Assembly: GCA_951406725.2 (NCBI GenBank)
Contig: OX597817.1
Span: forward strand, 138,570,001-138,634,000
Direction: 5' to 3'
Length of the DNA: 64,000 nt
Source of the DNA: Octopus vulgaris
Taxonomy: Eukaryota
The position numbers were made by a program, and so were the translations under genes. Positions 1 through 13,497 of the stretch are shown one piece after another. Every line of letters begins with the position of its first letter. Positions within the stretch are counted from its first letter, which is position 1. The notes beneath the pieces were generated by a model. The model did not search any database, was not told where the DNA came from, and worked only from the letters and a program-made list of their open reading frames with translations.

Positions 1-50
1 GCTTAGTATTTCGCCCGGCGTGCTAACGTTTCTGCCAGCTCGCCGCCTTA
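1..50 (-). mobile_element. tRNA-derived SINE family A, 5' head, cut by the window edge
   Basis: Reverse complement reads TAAGGCGGCGAGCTGGCAGAAACGTTAGCACGCCGGGCGAAAT, matching the heads at about 10968, 42543 and 43901. Confidence 0.8.
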
Positions 51-53
51 CAT

Positions 54-180
<127 letters not shown>

Positions 181-404
181 TACATACATACAACATAATT
201 GATGTAAATCAATTGTTGTTCATCAGTACTTCTCCATTTTCTATTTGCTTTAAATTTTAACTCTTGATAAACTCATGTCTTTACCTCTGCCTTATGATAA
301 ACTCAGGTTTATCTTTGTCTTTACCTATACCTTATGATCGTAATATGTTTGCATATGTATGTCCATGGTTAAATATAGATAATATACCGGTAGTGTAATG
401 GATA

Positions 405-902
405 CTTCTATCCATTAGACATTCAGCACCTGGAACGGTTTCAGCACTTAGCCACCCGAATGGTCGCGGGCTTGTCTAAGCTTGCGTATGAGGAACGTCT
501 CCAACGGCTGGCATTAAATTCACTCGAACGACGGAGGATGCCGGGAGATCTCATCCTGGCTTTCAACATCTTTAACTGGAATGTAAACCTAGCATTTGCG
601 GAAGATTTTAACGTCTGTGCCGGATAGGCGTCTTCGTGGGCATGATCGCAAACTCTATCACCGACACTTTCGACTCAACAGGCGGAAGGCCGCATTCTCC
701 GTCCGTATCGCATCCCCGTGGAACAAGCTACCACAAGATGTAATTCAACTGCCCATCAGTCCCCTCTTCGAAGAGACTCCGGAGAACTGTGGCGACTGTG
801 TAAAAAACTGTATATAACAATAACTGTTTTTCTTTTTTACATGGCTTAAGCACATTGAGCTCTTCTCATGCCAATAAATTTGATTTGATTTGATTTGATT
901 TT
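405..902 (+). mobile_element. CR1-clade LINE 3' fragment (ORF2 C-terminus, 3' UTR, tail)
   Basis: Translates LERFQHLATRMVAGLSKLAYEERLQRLALNSLERRRMPGDLI, then RLRGHDRKL...FSVRIASPWNKLP, typical CR1 C-terminal motifs. Ends AATAAA plus (TTTGA)n. Confidence 0.85.
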
Positions 903-946
903 AACCCCTAACTCAACTAACCTATATATATATATATATATGTATG

Positions 947-978
<32 letters not shown>

Positions 979-1565
979 TGTATGTATGTATGTATGTATG
1001 TATGCATGTATATGCATATAGATAGATACATAAACAGTTACGTAGATAGAAAAATAGATCGACCACTAAACAGACACACAGACAGACAAATAAACAGATA
1101 GAGAGATCCAAAGATGGCACCTAACAGAATAAGAATCTAAGACTTACTGAAATGTTTAACAAAAGATTGATAAAAATGACATCGGAATTCGCCCTAAAAC
1201 GAAAATAAAGACAAACTTATTTTTTGGGAAAAAGTGATTCTAATGAAAGAAACAAATGAAAATGGAATGAAGATAGAGGTAGAAATGAATAAAAGTGTGT
1301 GTGTGTGTGGGGGGGGTTTAAAGGTATGAAGGATATGGAAATTAAAAGAAAGGTAAGAACTACAAGAAAGTAAATGAAGAATTGGTAGAGAAATATATGT
1401 GAAGATGGGGGAGGAGGAGGGGGAGAAGAAGAAGAAGAAGAAGAAGAAGAAGAAGAAGAAGAAGAAGAAGAAGAAGAAGAAGAAGAAGAAAGCTGTAGTG
1501 ATGGGAAGACTAAGAAAAACGTTTTTAATATAAATGGAATATGCACAGACACACATATGCACAAA

Positions 1566-1607
<42 letters not shown>

Positions 1608-1847
1608 AAACCTGAATCTACATCAGTTTTTTAAGACAAATATCTTCAGATTGGTTCGAATGGCATCATTGAGTATGAGAAAGAAAAGGTCAGGCGGATC
1701 GATGAACGTTGAAATGGCGGGTAAAAAAATCGACAAAATGTTTTAACTGAAACATTTCCAGTCGGTTTTCACCATCGTCTCCAGAGATTCGCTCTTCAGG
1801 CACCTGCGACTCACTGGTCTTATTGTGTGAGTATGTATGCGCGCGCA

Positions 1848-1904
<57 letters not shown>

Positions 1905-2062
1905 ATGTGTATTATGTAAGCATGCGTATAATATGTGTACGCGTATATGGGTATACCTTGAATTTTGGTTCGTTATTTATAAGACTGTAGGATTTGTTGT
2001 TGTTGTTGTTGTTGTTGTTGGTATCATCGTCGTCGTCGTCGTCATTATTATCATCATCATCA

Positions 2063-2115
<53 letters not shown>

Positions 2116-3204
2116 TGGAACGGGACGAAGCAGACTATTATTAAAATGTAACGACTAAATAAAATGAAATACAAACTAGTTCCTGAGGCCCACCCTGCGT
2201 ATCCCCACTGCACTTACTATATCTCATTATAAACATATCAATCAAAGAATTCTTAGTTATTCTTCGAGGAACAATTTCCGAAGACTCCCCATCCCGGCGC
2301 CGTTACCATTTCTACATTAACATTTCAACCAAAACATTATTAGTAATTCTTTGATTTCAATTCCGTTTTCCCCTCCACCTTTTCTATCTCCATTCAACTT
2401 AGATATACCAAGCATCGGTTTTCTTGTTGCTACCGTTTTTCTTTCCCATTCTTTTCCCTGTTTTTTTTTTATTAATATTTTATTTATTTATTTATTTATT
2501 TTTATTTCTGCTGTGCAATAGTGTGCAGCAGCTGCTATGATGTTTCAAAAGACAGCTAGTTCTGCTCACTGCATGTTCTCGGAAACTATAAGATGGTACA
2601 GATGACCTCAGATTCTTTTTTACATTTCATACACAGTCGGATGGTTGGTGGGTCTGACTGCTGTGGGGTGGGGTGGGGTGGATGGGAACATTGTAGAGGA
2701 TGTGGCATTCAGTCACGTGATAAGGTTGTACTGCTGGTGACGTCAGAAGACACAGACATAGTTGCAGAAGAGATTTGAAAACAAGAAGCCAAGCTCAAAG
2801 ATGGACGTCAGAATCGTTAAGGTTTTATTTTATACTTTACTGAAATAATTTAAAGAACAAGACAACTTTTCTTGGTCTCGTTTGTGTTTAGATGAGTGAC
2901 CGCGGAGACTGTGTCCGTGTTCATGACCCTCATGTGTCTTGTTTGTTTAAGCGGTGGTCACCGTGTCCAGAGCCTTACGAGGCCTCACTTGTCCGAGACG
3001 CAGTGAGAGAAGGATTGATTGGTATTTTATATGAGTTTCTGAAGGCTGCCATTCATATGACTTGGGCCGATCCAAGGCTGTGGTAAAAGAGACTTGACCA
3101 AGATGACGCACAAACGGATCGAACCTAAGGACCTTGAGGTTGCCGAACGAATTGCTTAGCCAGGAGCAAAATGAGAGAAACATAACTGGCTGCATCACTT
3201 ACTC

Positions 3205-3846
3205 TTTCTACACACACACAAAACACACACGCACACACACACGTACACACGCACACACACACACGAACACGCACACATAGACACAGACACACACATACAC
3301 AGACGCACACACATAGACACATACGCAGGCACACATACACGCACACATAGACACAGACACACACATAAACAAATACACACACGCACGTAGACATACACAG
3401 ACATACACACAGAGACGCACACACATAGACAAACACACAGACACACGCATAGACACACACACGCGCACCTAGACACAGACACACACATACACAGACGCAC
3501 ACACATAGCCACATACGCAGGCACACACCCACGCACACATAGACACAGACACACACAGACACACACATAGACACACACACACGCACATAGACATACACAT
3601 AGACATACACACACACAGACGCACACACATAGACACACACACACACGCACATAGACATACACAGACATACACACACACAGACGCACACACACAGACACAC
3701 ACACAGACACACACAAATACACACACGCGCGCACATAGACATATACACATATACAGAGATGCACACACATAGACATACACAGACACAGACACACACACAC
3801 AGACGCTAACAGACACAGATGCACAGACATAGACACACACACATAG

Positions 3847-3884
<38 letters not shown>

Positions 3885-3900
3885 ACACACACACGCGCAT
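3205..3900. repeat. Compound (CA)/(CAGA)/(CATAGA) microsatellite with an internal duplication
   Basis: Visible directly. The block ACATACGCAGGCACACA recurs at about 3320 and 3510. Confidence 0.9.
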
Positions 3901-4234
3901 GCACTCCTGTACATACGAAACAAGAAATAACCTAAAATGGCCAGTAGTTTGAATTTGATCAACAAAGATAAAGAAAGATATATTAAATACGATACAACAT
4001 TAATTCTTGCTTCATAAAAATTATTTTGACGTTAAGAAAAGGTGAACAAAGCTGGAAGTCAGGAGTGGCTGACTCCGAATAAGAAGAAGGAAGAGATAAT
4101 CTTATATATAGTGACGTAGATAAACAAAGAGATTATCTCTCTCTCTCTCTCTCTATCTATCTCTCTCTAGATTTACATGTATAAGCATTTGTTTATATAA
4201 CTCTTATTCAGGGACCTCTTGAGCGGGATGGTTC

Positions 4235-4297
<63 letters not shown>

Positions 4298-4309
4298 GAT
4301 GATGATGAT

Positions 4310-4465
4310 GATAGACCAGATGATTAGTACGCAGCTAGTACTTAATTTATCGACTCCAAAAGGATGAAAAGCAAAGTCGATTTCGGCGGAATTTGAACTC
4401 AGAACGTAAAGACAGACCGCTAAGCATTTCGTCCGGCGTGCTAACGTTTCTGCCATCTCACTGCC

Positions 4466-4468
<3 letters not shown>
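4310..4468 (-). mobile_element. SINE family A, degenerate copy
   Basis: GCAAAGTCGATTTCGGCGGAATTTGAACTCAGAACG...GCTAACGTTTCTGCCA matches the reverse complement of the family A head and B-box. Confidence 0.8.
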
Positions 4469-4554
<86 letters not shown>

Positions 4555-5056
4555 TGCAACAAGTCTGGACAGAGCAAAAAAGTGGTAAGAGGGCATCATC
4601 GAAAATGATAATGCAAAGATCCTATGGGATTTTATGATTCAATGCGACCATGAGATAGAGAATAGGAAACCAGACATAGTGCTAATTGAGAAAGAAAGCA
4701 AACTATGCTGGTCATAGACATAGCATGCCCAGCTGACAACAAGGTATGCGATAAGAAAGAAAGAAAAGTCGAGAGATATTACAGGTTGGCTTGGGAGGTG
4801 AAGCAGTTGTGATCGATGAAAAAGATAGCAGTGGTACCAATAATTGTCGGAGCTCTGGGAACAGTGAGCAAAAATCTCGTGAAGTACATGGAACAAATAG
4901 GGGCTGCAATAAGGGTGGAGTACTTGCAGAAAACAGCACTGCTTGGAACCACCCGAATACTCCGGAAGGTGCTCGAAAAATAAGGGGTGTTACCTTAGTT
5001 CACTGGTAGTGAACAGCTGACACTATAGTACATCTACAGCGATAGATGTGCAAAGA
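4555..5056 (+). mobile_element. R4/Dong-clade non-LTR retrotransposon 3' fragment (restriction-like endonuclease) within (TAA)n
   Basis: Frameshifted translation KILWDFMIQCDHEIENRKPDIVLIEK...IDIACP...VVPIIVGALGTV...LQKTALLGTTRILRKVL*. (TAA)n tracts on both sides. Confidence 0.88.
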
Positions 5057-5069
5057 CAACAACAACAAC

Positions 5070-5143
<74 letters not shown>

Positions 5144-5757
5144 ATAGGCAGAGGGCCTGAGATTTTGGGGGAGGACAATAATCGATTACATCGACACCCA
5201 GTACTCGAATTGTATTTATTTTGTAAACCCTCAAAATATGTAAGGCATATTTTCAATTTAAAACAGCCGGAACAAATACCGCATGGTATTCTGTCCGGCA
5301 CACTATTGATTTTATTAGTTCTAATGCCGATTGGGAAGGACTTCCTCCTCTCGACCTCAAATATTGCATATGTTTTTATTTTATCAACCTTGAAGCGATG
5401 AAAGTGAAAGTAAATTCATCCAGGAATTGAACTTAGATTTGAGCGAAAAGTTTAGAGAGCGGAGACCGTTGTAAACAAGAAAAGTTTTAAACAGATTTGA
5501 ATTATGTGATGGCGGGAAACTAGAAAATGGCCGTTAAACATGGAGAAGGTTGGGCAGTGGGGCACGTGTGGGGCATAGAACTGCTGTTAAAATACTGTGT
5601 TATGATGGGTTGTTTGGTGCATAGGAGAGAAAGAGAGAGAGAGGGGTGAAAAATGTGAGAGTGGGAGAAAGAGAGAGAGAGGTGTAAATGAGAGAGAAGG
5701 AGAAAGAAAGAGAGAGAGAGAGGAGGGTGAGAAAGAGAGAGGTATAAAAATTGGTGA

Positions 5758-5808
<51 letters not shown>

Positions 5809-5969
5809 GAGAATGAAAGAAAGACAAGCGGAAAGAAGAGAGCAGACGAAGCAAGAAAGACAGAAAGAGAGAGAAAGAAATAGAAAATACAAATGAGAAG
5901 GAAAAGTGAAGTCGAAACGAAGAAGTTGAAACGAAGAAGAAGAAGAAGAAGAAGAAGAAGAAGAAGAAG

Positions 5970-6000
<31 letters not shown>

Positions 6001-6696
6001 GAGAAGAAGAACAACAACAATAACAACAACAACAACAACAAAACTAAGAAAGAGGAAGAGCTAGAACATGACGAGTGGTGTTTTTGTGTGGCCCTGCGTC
6101 AAGCGCACGTGCTGAGTGTTCGAGGCACGTGTCCTATGAAAAGGTGAGAGTGAGGCGAAGTCGTTGGCAGCGTCAGTTTGACTGCTTCTGTTTTGGGTGT
6201 AAACAATATTTTAATATGTTATCCCAGCAGCAACAGCAAAATTCGGGGGTGGTGGGAAATTTAATAAAATAGGGAATCAAAGAAATAAAGAGAATTAAGG
6301 ACACTTTGAGGGGTGAAAGGGGAAGAAAGGAAAGGCTAAGTGCGTAAGAAAAAAAAAAAAATGGTAGCTGATAGGAAGAAAGTGATTGGCTTGTTATATT
6401 GGCATGAAGTGGGATGGTTGTTTTATTGGAAAATAGATATAAAAAAGCTATGGGTATGCATTTACCTGTTGTATTGGTGGTGTCATTGAAAATATAACGG
6501 TTAAGTACGATTTGAAATCTCATGTGTCGGGTTTGTTTGATAGTAATATAAGCAAGGCGATCGATTGTTAGAATCGGTAGCTCTTTTAACTCATGGCTCA
6601 ATTTAAATTAAACTTTCTATCGCCCTTCTATCCCTTGGAGTTATTAGCAGTTGTGGAGTAAAAAAAAATAGAAACAAAAAAGAAACATCACTATAG

Positions 6697-6858
6697 ACAC
6701 AGATGTAGATGAATGGTTGAGAATCTTGCTTCCTAGCCATATGGATTCGGGTTCAGTTCCACTGCGGGGATCTTTGAGAAGGTGTCTTATGCTATAGTTT
6801 TGGGCCGATCAATACCTTGTGAATAGATATGGCAGGCGGAAACAGGAAGAAATCCCTC

Positions 6859-6860
<2 letters not shown>
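6697..6860 (+). mobile_element. SINE family B, 5' half, degenerate
   Basis: GGGTTCAGTTCCACTGCG B-box and CCTTGTGAATAGAT...GGAAACAGGAAGAA resemble the family B copies. Confidence 0.7.
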
Positions 6861-6892
<32 letters not shown>

Positions 6893-6897
<5 letters not shown>

Positions 6898-7689
6898 GTA
6901 AGGACCGTCGTCTAAATTACACAAAAGTGAAAATAACACTGACATCTCATATTAGCAGAAATATGTACCAAAATTACATAAAAATATCCTGAAATACTAA
7001 AGAGTAAATGTATTCAATAAAATCGCCATTGGCTTCAACCATGGCCTCCAGACAACTTTGGAATCTTCTGCAACTCCTCTCCTTGTTTAAGTTGGGGAAT
7101 ACTGCCATAATTCTTGCCTTCAGTTCGTCTTTGATGCTACCAGGAGTTTTGTTGGTCTCTCGCTCAACTGCGCCATACACATAATAATCAAGGGGTTGCA
7201 GTCTGAGGAGTTAGGTGGCCAGATGTTAGGGGCAATATGATCGCAGAAATTGTCTGACAGTCATGACTGGGTTCTCCTGCTTGTGCAGCATAGTGCAGAG
7301 TCCTGTTGCCAGATATAGGGTCTTCCAGCAGCCACCCTCTTGACCCAGGGCAGCACTACCTCCTCCAGGTACTCTGTGTTGAGTCTAAGGCGGTGTAGGA
7401 AGATGAATGGAGGCATAACGTCGCCATCACTACTGATCACTCCAAACACCATGATGTTGACTGGATGTTTGATATTTATCACACTCGTATTGGAACTTCA
7501 GGAGCGAATGCCAAGCAGTATAGCATGTCGTTTCCAAATTTCTGGCAGAGTGAATAGCGTCTTGATGCTGTTTTTCTCACAGACGGTGTCTAACTGCACC
7601 TTCTATACTGTGTAGGCGATAAAATCAAAAACAAGGTGCACGCGCGAAATTAAAAATATAAAATGGTGAAAATCTACCATCGCACCTTG
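6893..7689 (-). mobile_element. Tc1/mariner DD37D (maT-like) transposon, internally deleted and defective
   Basis: KHPVNIMVFGVISSDGDVMPP...WQQDSA...WPPNSSDCNPLDYY, with 37 residues between the second and third Asp. Degenerate AGGGTG/CACCTTG ends. Confidence 0.85.
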
Positions 7690-8226
7690 TGTGTATGTGT
7701 GTGAGTGTGTATATATTTGCGTATGTATGTGCTTGTCTGTATGCATTTTCTCTATCATCGTGAGGGAGCCATTTAAGATCGATGAGTAGAGTAGAATAAA
7801 TTTGTGATGCAATATATGGATTCAGAGACTCCTGTGGTAACCACAGAAAGCTCCTCTAGTGGATCTGGCTATCATACAACCTAGTAATCCAATACGATGG
7901 AGTTTAATGTAGAATTGTATGCAGCCGAAATCCAGGAGATCCGATCGATGAAATTATTTCATGTAGAGTATATAGCTAATAAAATGACAGAAGGTATGAG
8001 AGATGTATTAATTTAACCACTTGATATCGGTAGGATTACAGCCGTTTTGCAACGTTCATCATGTAAATAATACCTTGAGTGTATAATAAATTATTTTACA
8101 TGCCAGCAGCAGTATGCATGCTACACTTTGTACCATTACAAATGAATGCAGATACAGAGGGCTAGCTCATCAGATCAACTGAACATCGTGGTTGCATCAG
8201 TACTTCAACATAAGTTGTGTGTAAGT

Positions 8227-8260
<34 letters not shown>

Positions 8261-8359
8261 AAGAGAAAGAGAGAGAGAGAGAGAGAGTGAGAGCGTGTGT
8301 GAGAGTGTGCGTCCGTGAGTGCGTATGTGTGTGTGTGTCTTCTTTTCATGATGTCACAT

Positions 8360-8570
8360 GCTGGTAGTAAACCAGCATCACCGTCACACAAGTGATGATG
8401 TTCGTTTCCAGCCTTACATGTAAAACATGTCTGTCCATGGGGAAATATTACCTTGCTTGGAAACAGATGAGGTTTGGTGTCAAGATGGACATAGAGCCGT
8501 AGAAATTCTACCTCAACAAATTCCGTTTGAGTTACTGAAGCATGAAATAAGGAACGTTAAACGATGATGA
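8360..8570 (+). mobile_element. Degenerate retroposon 3' end, related to 22033-22320
   Basis: Ends GAACGTTAAACGATGATGA. The GCCGTAGAAA and AACGTT motifs resemble the minus-strand copy at 22 kb. Confidence 0.45.
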
Positions 8571-8599
8571 TTCTTTCGAATCACTGTTTAATGTTTCAA

Positions 8600-9300
8600 A
8601 TGTTCAACGTACATAAAACCATTAATCACCAGTGTCAGCAGTACCTCCGGGCCACAAACTGCACCAACTCACAGCACCCCATATCAATTCTCAATAGCTG
8701 GTGCTTTCCAATTAAATTCGTTTTAGTATCTTTGCAACATTTAAGAATACAGCCCTCCCCCCGCCACTTTGTAATTGTTTAACAAATTAAGCTTTTGAAA
8801 TACAACTCCGAGGTGAAAGACATTCACACCTGACAGCAACCAACTGTTCACCAAGCTGTTTACTATTCAGAAATGACACCATACTGTGTCTCAAAGTGCA
8901 ACAAAGCGACAAAAACAATTAGCTTTTGATAGGCATTGCACCTCTCTATACGTCAGTGGGCGTTCATACTTTGCGTGTCTTTTTGTTATAAATTTACCGA
9001 AAAAGACGGTCTTGAAGTGCATTTGATTTGATAAGGTTGACAGCTTCCAATACAATGGTGAGGGCATCGTGCACACGGCCTCCTGTTTGTTTTGAAATCA
9101 AATGCTGAAGGTGGAACAAGCTATGTATGCAAAAACTTTAAACACAGAAATTTCTCTTAATAAGCCACAACCCCGCCCTCCGTCACCGCTCAATATCTCT
9201 CTACGACGTAAGCAACGCCATCTGTTGCACAAGCCTCTATATTGTTGTGTGCAATATTATTTTTCTTGAAATAAGTCCAACTTGTTAGGGCTGATTGTTG
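8600..9300 (-). pseudogene. hAT (Buster/Charlie-like) transposase relic
   Basis: Minus-strand translation ATDGVA...QHLISKQTGGRVHDALTIVLEAVNLIKSNALQDRLFR...YERPLTYREVQCLSKANCFCRF resembles the Buster TDGA, VNxIK and TEVRWLSKG motifs. Stops and frameshifts present. Confidence 0.7.
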
Positions 9301-9399
9301 TTCGCTGACAGTACTGATACCCATATATTTTCTTCACTTTTCTGACCACTATAGTGATGGAATAATTGGCACCAACCCAATATTTTTGAGCGGAAGGGT

Positions 9400-9590
9400 T
9401 GATTATCAGTAATCATCAGTAAAATATTGCGATCGATTACGTCGGCTCCAATATTTTATCGTTATTTTAATTTATCAACAGCAGAGATATGAATGACAAA
9501 GATGACCCGGAGCGCAAAATGTAAAACGCCTGAAGAAATGCGAGATATTTTTTCTGGCGTTCAAGCAATCCTGCGAATCCAGTGCCTTAA
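9400..9590 (-). mobile_element. SINE family A, highly degenerate
   Basis: TCGATTACGTCG...ATGAATGACAAAGATGACC...GCCTTAA follows the order of the family A reverse complement. Confidence 0.5.
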
Positions 9591-10045
9591 TTGTGAGGAA
9601 ATAGTGAAGTCTGGCGTAATCCAGTGGGACACTAGATAAATATAATCAGCCAGAATTAAGAAAGACCATTCGCTAAATCTAGTCAGCTGATTGTTATCAC
9701 CAAACCCAAGAACTATCAATGAATTACTCATGTGGAAACTCAGAGTAAGACTTGTGAGTTTCAGAGTCGCAATATTTGTTGAGGGATTCGTAATTTCACA
9801 GAGTCAAACTGAGTATTTCCTGAAGTTGACTGCAGAGGGCCGCTTTGAAGTCATGTGGTTTACTTTTGATACAATTCAAAGTTTTGCTGACGTTTTATTG
9901 ACTTTCCTTTGTAACTCATTTTCCCTGCTTTATATTCTTCTTTATAGGTGAGATTTTTTGAGGGGGCCCTTTGTCAGGTGGTCTGGCTTATATACATTTA
10001 GCCATCAATACAAACACGCATACACACATGCACGCACACACACCC

Positions 10046-10085
<40 letters not shown>

Positions 10086-10131
10086 GTATGTAGAAAAATA
10101 CAACATGGACAAGAACGTATAATATAGAAGA

Positions 10132-10172
<41 letters not shown>

Positions 10173-10218
10173 ATATATATATATACATACACATATATAT
10201 ACATATATATATATACTC

Positions 10219-10305
<87 letters not shown>

Positions 10306-10967
10306 CATATATATATTCATACATACGCATGTATGTATGTATGTATGTATGTATGTATGTATGTATGTATGTATGTATGTATGTATGTATGTATGTATGC
10401 ATGTATGTGATTGAGTACATCAGTGCGTATATGTGCGTGTGTGTCTTGTGTGTGCCGAAGAAAGTTGTAGAAGGTAACATTTCAGAGAGATTTTCACAGA
10501 ACTTCTCTTTATATGTTCCCAGCCACTCAAAATATGCAAATAATGTCTCAGACAAAGTTAAGAAACTCCATTTCTTCTGATCTAAAAGCATTGGATCCCC
10601 CCTCCCTCCTCTCTCTCTCTCCCTGCATAAGAAACAACTGACCGATATCATAAAGATTTGATAATGACGAGAAAGCTGAAGAATTCCAGATTATTGGCGA
10701 CATAATTCATTTCAAATTGCTAACGGTAACTGCATGCACATATATGCAAAAAGGCAAGCAGATATGCATCGATACATACACATAAGTATGTATATGCACG
10801 CATGTGCAGATGCATGCGTACGTGTATAGATAGATGCAGGCATATATAGAGACAGGGAAAATACGCATATATACATGCACACGTGTGTATAGATACATAT
10901 ACACGTGCATAGATATACACGTAAATCTATACACATCTATGCTTTGCGATATTATCTGCTGTTTTTC

Positions 10968-11550
10968 TAAGGCGGCGAGCTGGCAGAAACATTAGCACGC
11001 CGGGCGAAATGCTTAGCGGTATTTCCTCTGCCGTTACGTTCGGGGTTCAAATTCCGCCGAAGTCGACTTTGCCTTTCATCTTTTCGGGGTCGATAAATTA
11101 AGTACCAGTTACGCGCTGGGGTCGATATAATCGACTTAATCCGTTTGTCCGTCCTTGTTTGTCCTCCCTGTGTTTAGCCCCTTGTGGGTAGTAAAGAAAT
11201 AGGTATTTCGTCTGCCGTTACGTTCTGAGTTCAAATTCCGCCGAGGTTGACTTTGCCTTTCAATCTTTCGGGGTCGATTAAATAAGCACCAGTTACGCAC
11301 TGGGGTCGATATAATCGCCTTAATTCGTTTGTCTGTCCTTGTTTGTCCTCTCTGTGTTTAGCCCCTTGTGGGTAGTAAAGAAATAGGTATTTCGCCCATC
11401 GCCACGTTCTGAGTTCAAATTCCGCCGATGTCAACTTTAGCTTTCATCCTTTCGAGTCGCTAAATTAAGTACCAGTTGCATACCGGGGGCTATCTAATCG
11501 ACTGACCCCCTTCCCGAAAACTTCGAGTCTTATGCCTAGAGCAGAAAAGG
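10968..11550 (+). mobile_element. SINE family A with three tandem units of about 180 bp
   Basis: One head, then GGTATTTC..GTTCAAATTCCGCCGA units starting at about 11008, 11202 and 11386. Confidence 0.9.
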
Positions 11551-11570
11551 GTATTATCTGCCGTTTTTGA

Positions 11571-11780
11571 CGGCGGCAAGCTGGCTGAATCGTTAGTACG
11601 CCGGGCAAAAATGCTTATGACATTTCGTCCGTCTTTACGTTCTGAGTTCAAATTCCGCCGAGGTCGACTTTACCTTTCATTCTTTCAGGATCGATAAGAT
11701 AAGTACCTGTCGATGGGTAGATGTAATCAACTTACCCACTCCTCTGAAATTGCTGGCCTTGTGCCAAAATTTAAAACCAA
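11571..11780 (+). mobile_element. SINE family A monomer
   Basis: GGCGGCAAGCTGGCTGAATCGTTAG head and GAGTTCAAATTCCGCC B-box. Confidence 0.85.
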
Positions 11781-11842
11781 TATCATTTGCTACTTTTTTG
11801 CGTTATAAGTTATAGCTAAGTGGTTTTGAAACTAGCCAAATA

Positions 11843-11921
11843 GACACTGATGAAGCTGCACCGAAAATCGTGTCAGGTTGCATCTGTAACTGCACCTGTG
11901 CAGTGGAAACGCGTGTAGGTC
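11843..11921 (+). ncRNA. Type I hammerhead ribozyme-like motif
   Basis: GACA-CTGATGA-AGCTGCAC...GTGCAGTG-GAAAC-GCGT-GTA-GGTC. Perfect core, palindromic loop III, imperfect stem I. Confidence 0.75.
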
Positions 11922-11994
11922 ATAAAGCCTATAAAAATATACTGTAGTATAAAATTGTAAAATAATAGGAAATAAATTTTGAGGATGAACAAGT

Positions 11995-12152
11995 AGGCAT
12001 AGTAAGTAGCTTGCTTACCAACCACATAGCTCTGGGTTCAGTCCCACTGCGTGGCACCTTGGGCAAGTGTCTTCTACTATAGCTTCGGGCCGACCAAAGC
12101 CTTGTGAGTGGATTTGGTAGACGGAAACTGAAAGAAGCCCATCGTATATATG

Positions 12153-12215
<63 letters not shown>

Positions 12216-12442
12216 GCGTGTGTGTGTGTGTGTGTCTGTGTTTGTCCCCCCAACATCGCTTAACAACCGATGCTGGTGTGTCCCCCGTAACTTAGCGGTT
12301 CGGCAAAAGAAACCGATAGAATAAGTACTAGGCTTACAAAGAATAAGTCCCTGAGGTCGATTTGCTCGACTAAAGGCGGTGCTCCTGCATGGCAACAGTC
12401 AAAATGACTGAAACAAGTAAAAGAGTAAAAGAGAATAAAGAG
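11995..12442 (+). mobile_element. SINE family B, near full length
   Basis: GGGTTCAGTCCCACTGCG B-box, CCTTGGGCAAGTGTCTT, internal (TA)(TG)n, and a TGAAACAAGTAAAAGAGTAAAAGA tail. Confidence 0.9.
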
Positions 12443-12464
12443 TAAGTCCTCGTATTGTATATCG

Positions 12465-12507
<43 letters not shown>

Positions 12508-12598
12508 ACAAAGCATAAATAATTAGATATTTTCTTTATTGTAGTAAATTTGACTTACAACTGTCTCCAGTCATTATAGGTTCGTTATTGATTAGATT

Positions 12599-12987
12599 CG
12601 TGGAGGCGCAATGGCCCAGTGGTTAGGGTAGCGGACTCGCGGTCATAGGATCGCGGTTTCGATTCCCAGACCGGGCGTTGTGAGTGTTTATTGAGCGAAA
12701 ACACCTAAAAGCTCCACGATGCTCCGGCAGGGGATGGTGGTGATCCCTGCTGTACTTTTTCACCACAACTTTCTCTCACTCTTACTTCCTGCTTCTGTTG
12801 TACCCGTATTTCAAAGGGCCGGCCTTGTCACTCTCTGTGTCACGCTGAATATCCCCGAGAACTGCGTTAAGGGTACACGTGTCTGTGGAGTGCTCAGCCA
12901 CTTACACGTTAATTTCACGAGCAGGCTGTTCCGTTGATTCGGATCAACCGGAACCCTCATCGTCGTAACCGACGGAGTGCTTCCACC
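12599..12987 (+). mobile_element. Intact tRNA-derived SINE family C with 12-bp TSD
   Basis: A-box TGGCCCAGTGG, B-box GTTTCGATTCC, RTE-like 3' end. ATTGATTAGATT at 12587-12598 and 12988-12999. Confidence 0.9.
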
Positions 12988-13427
12988 ATTGATTAGATTT
13001 ATTCAATCAGCTCATTGATCGGTTAAGAAAAATTGAACGATCTAGAGAGTTGATGCACCTTTCGTCAGAGTCATTTTTGGTTAAAACCAATCAGAACACA
13101 GAAAGAATGATGGGGATGAGGGGAGCGACGAGAGGCTATAAGTACAAGGTTAGTGGAATGGAGGAGAGATGATATCTTTCAATGTAAAAAAAAAACCCCA
13201 GTATAACTGGGACGCAACCATGGATTTACAATATAGAATGATGATGAACCATGATCTTGGATTCCGCCACAAGAACACGCGAAGTTCTTTACTTATCTAA
13301 ACAATATTGTTAGCTTGATGTACTAATAGGGAGCTTATGAAGTACTTTGCCTGGATTGATACTTCTTCACTAATAACTACATACATACATACATACATAC
13401 ATACATTCATACATACATACACACACA

Positions 13428-13491
<64 letters not shown>

Positions 13492-13497
<6 letters not shown>

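Noticed and set aside
1745-1805. Minus-strand CTGAAGA...GAAA hammerhead candidate
   Set aside because: No convincing stem I or stem II pairing.
2690-3045. Possible solo LTR on the minus strand (TATAAAA and AATAAA in the right order)
   Set aside because: No clear TG..CA ends, TSD or second copy.
10968-11550. CRISPR-like or satellite array
   Set aside because: The units are SINE bodies with no unique spacers, in a eukaryotic context.
12599-12675. tRNA gene
   Set aside because: The tRNA-like head continues into a 390-bp body with tail and TSD, so it is a SINE.
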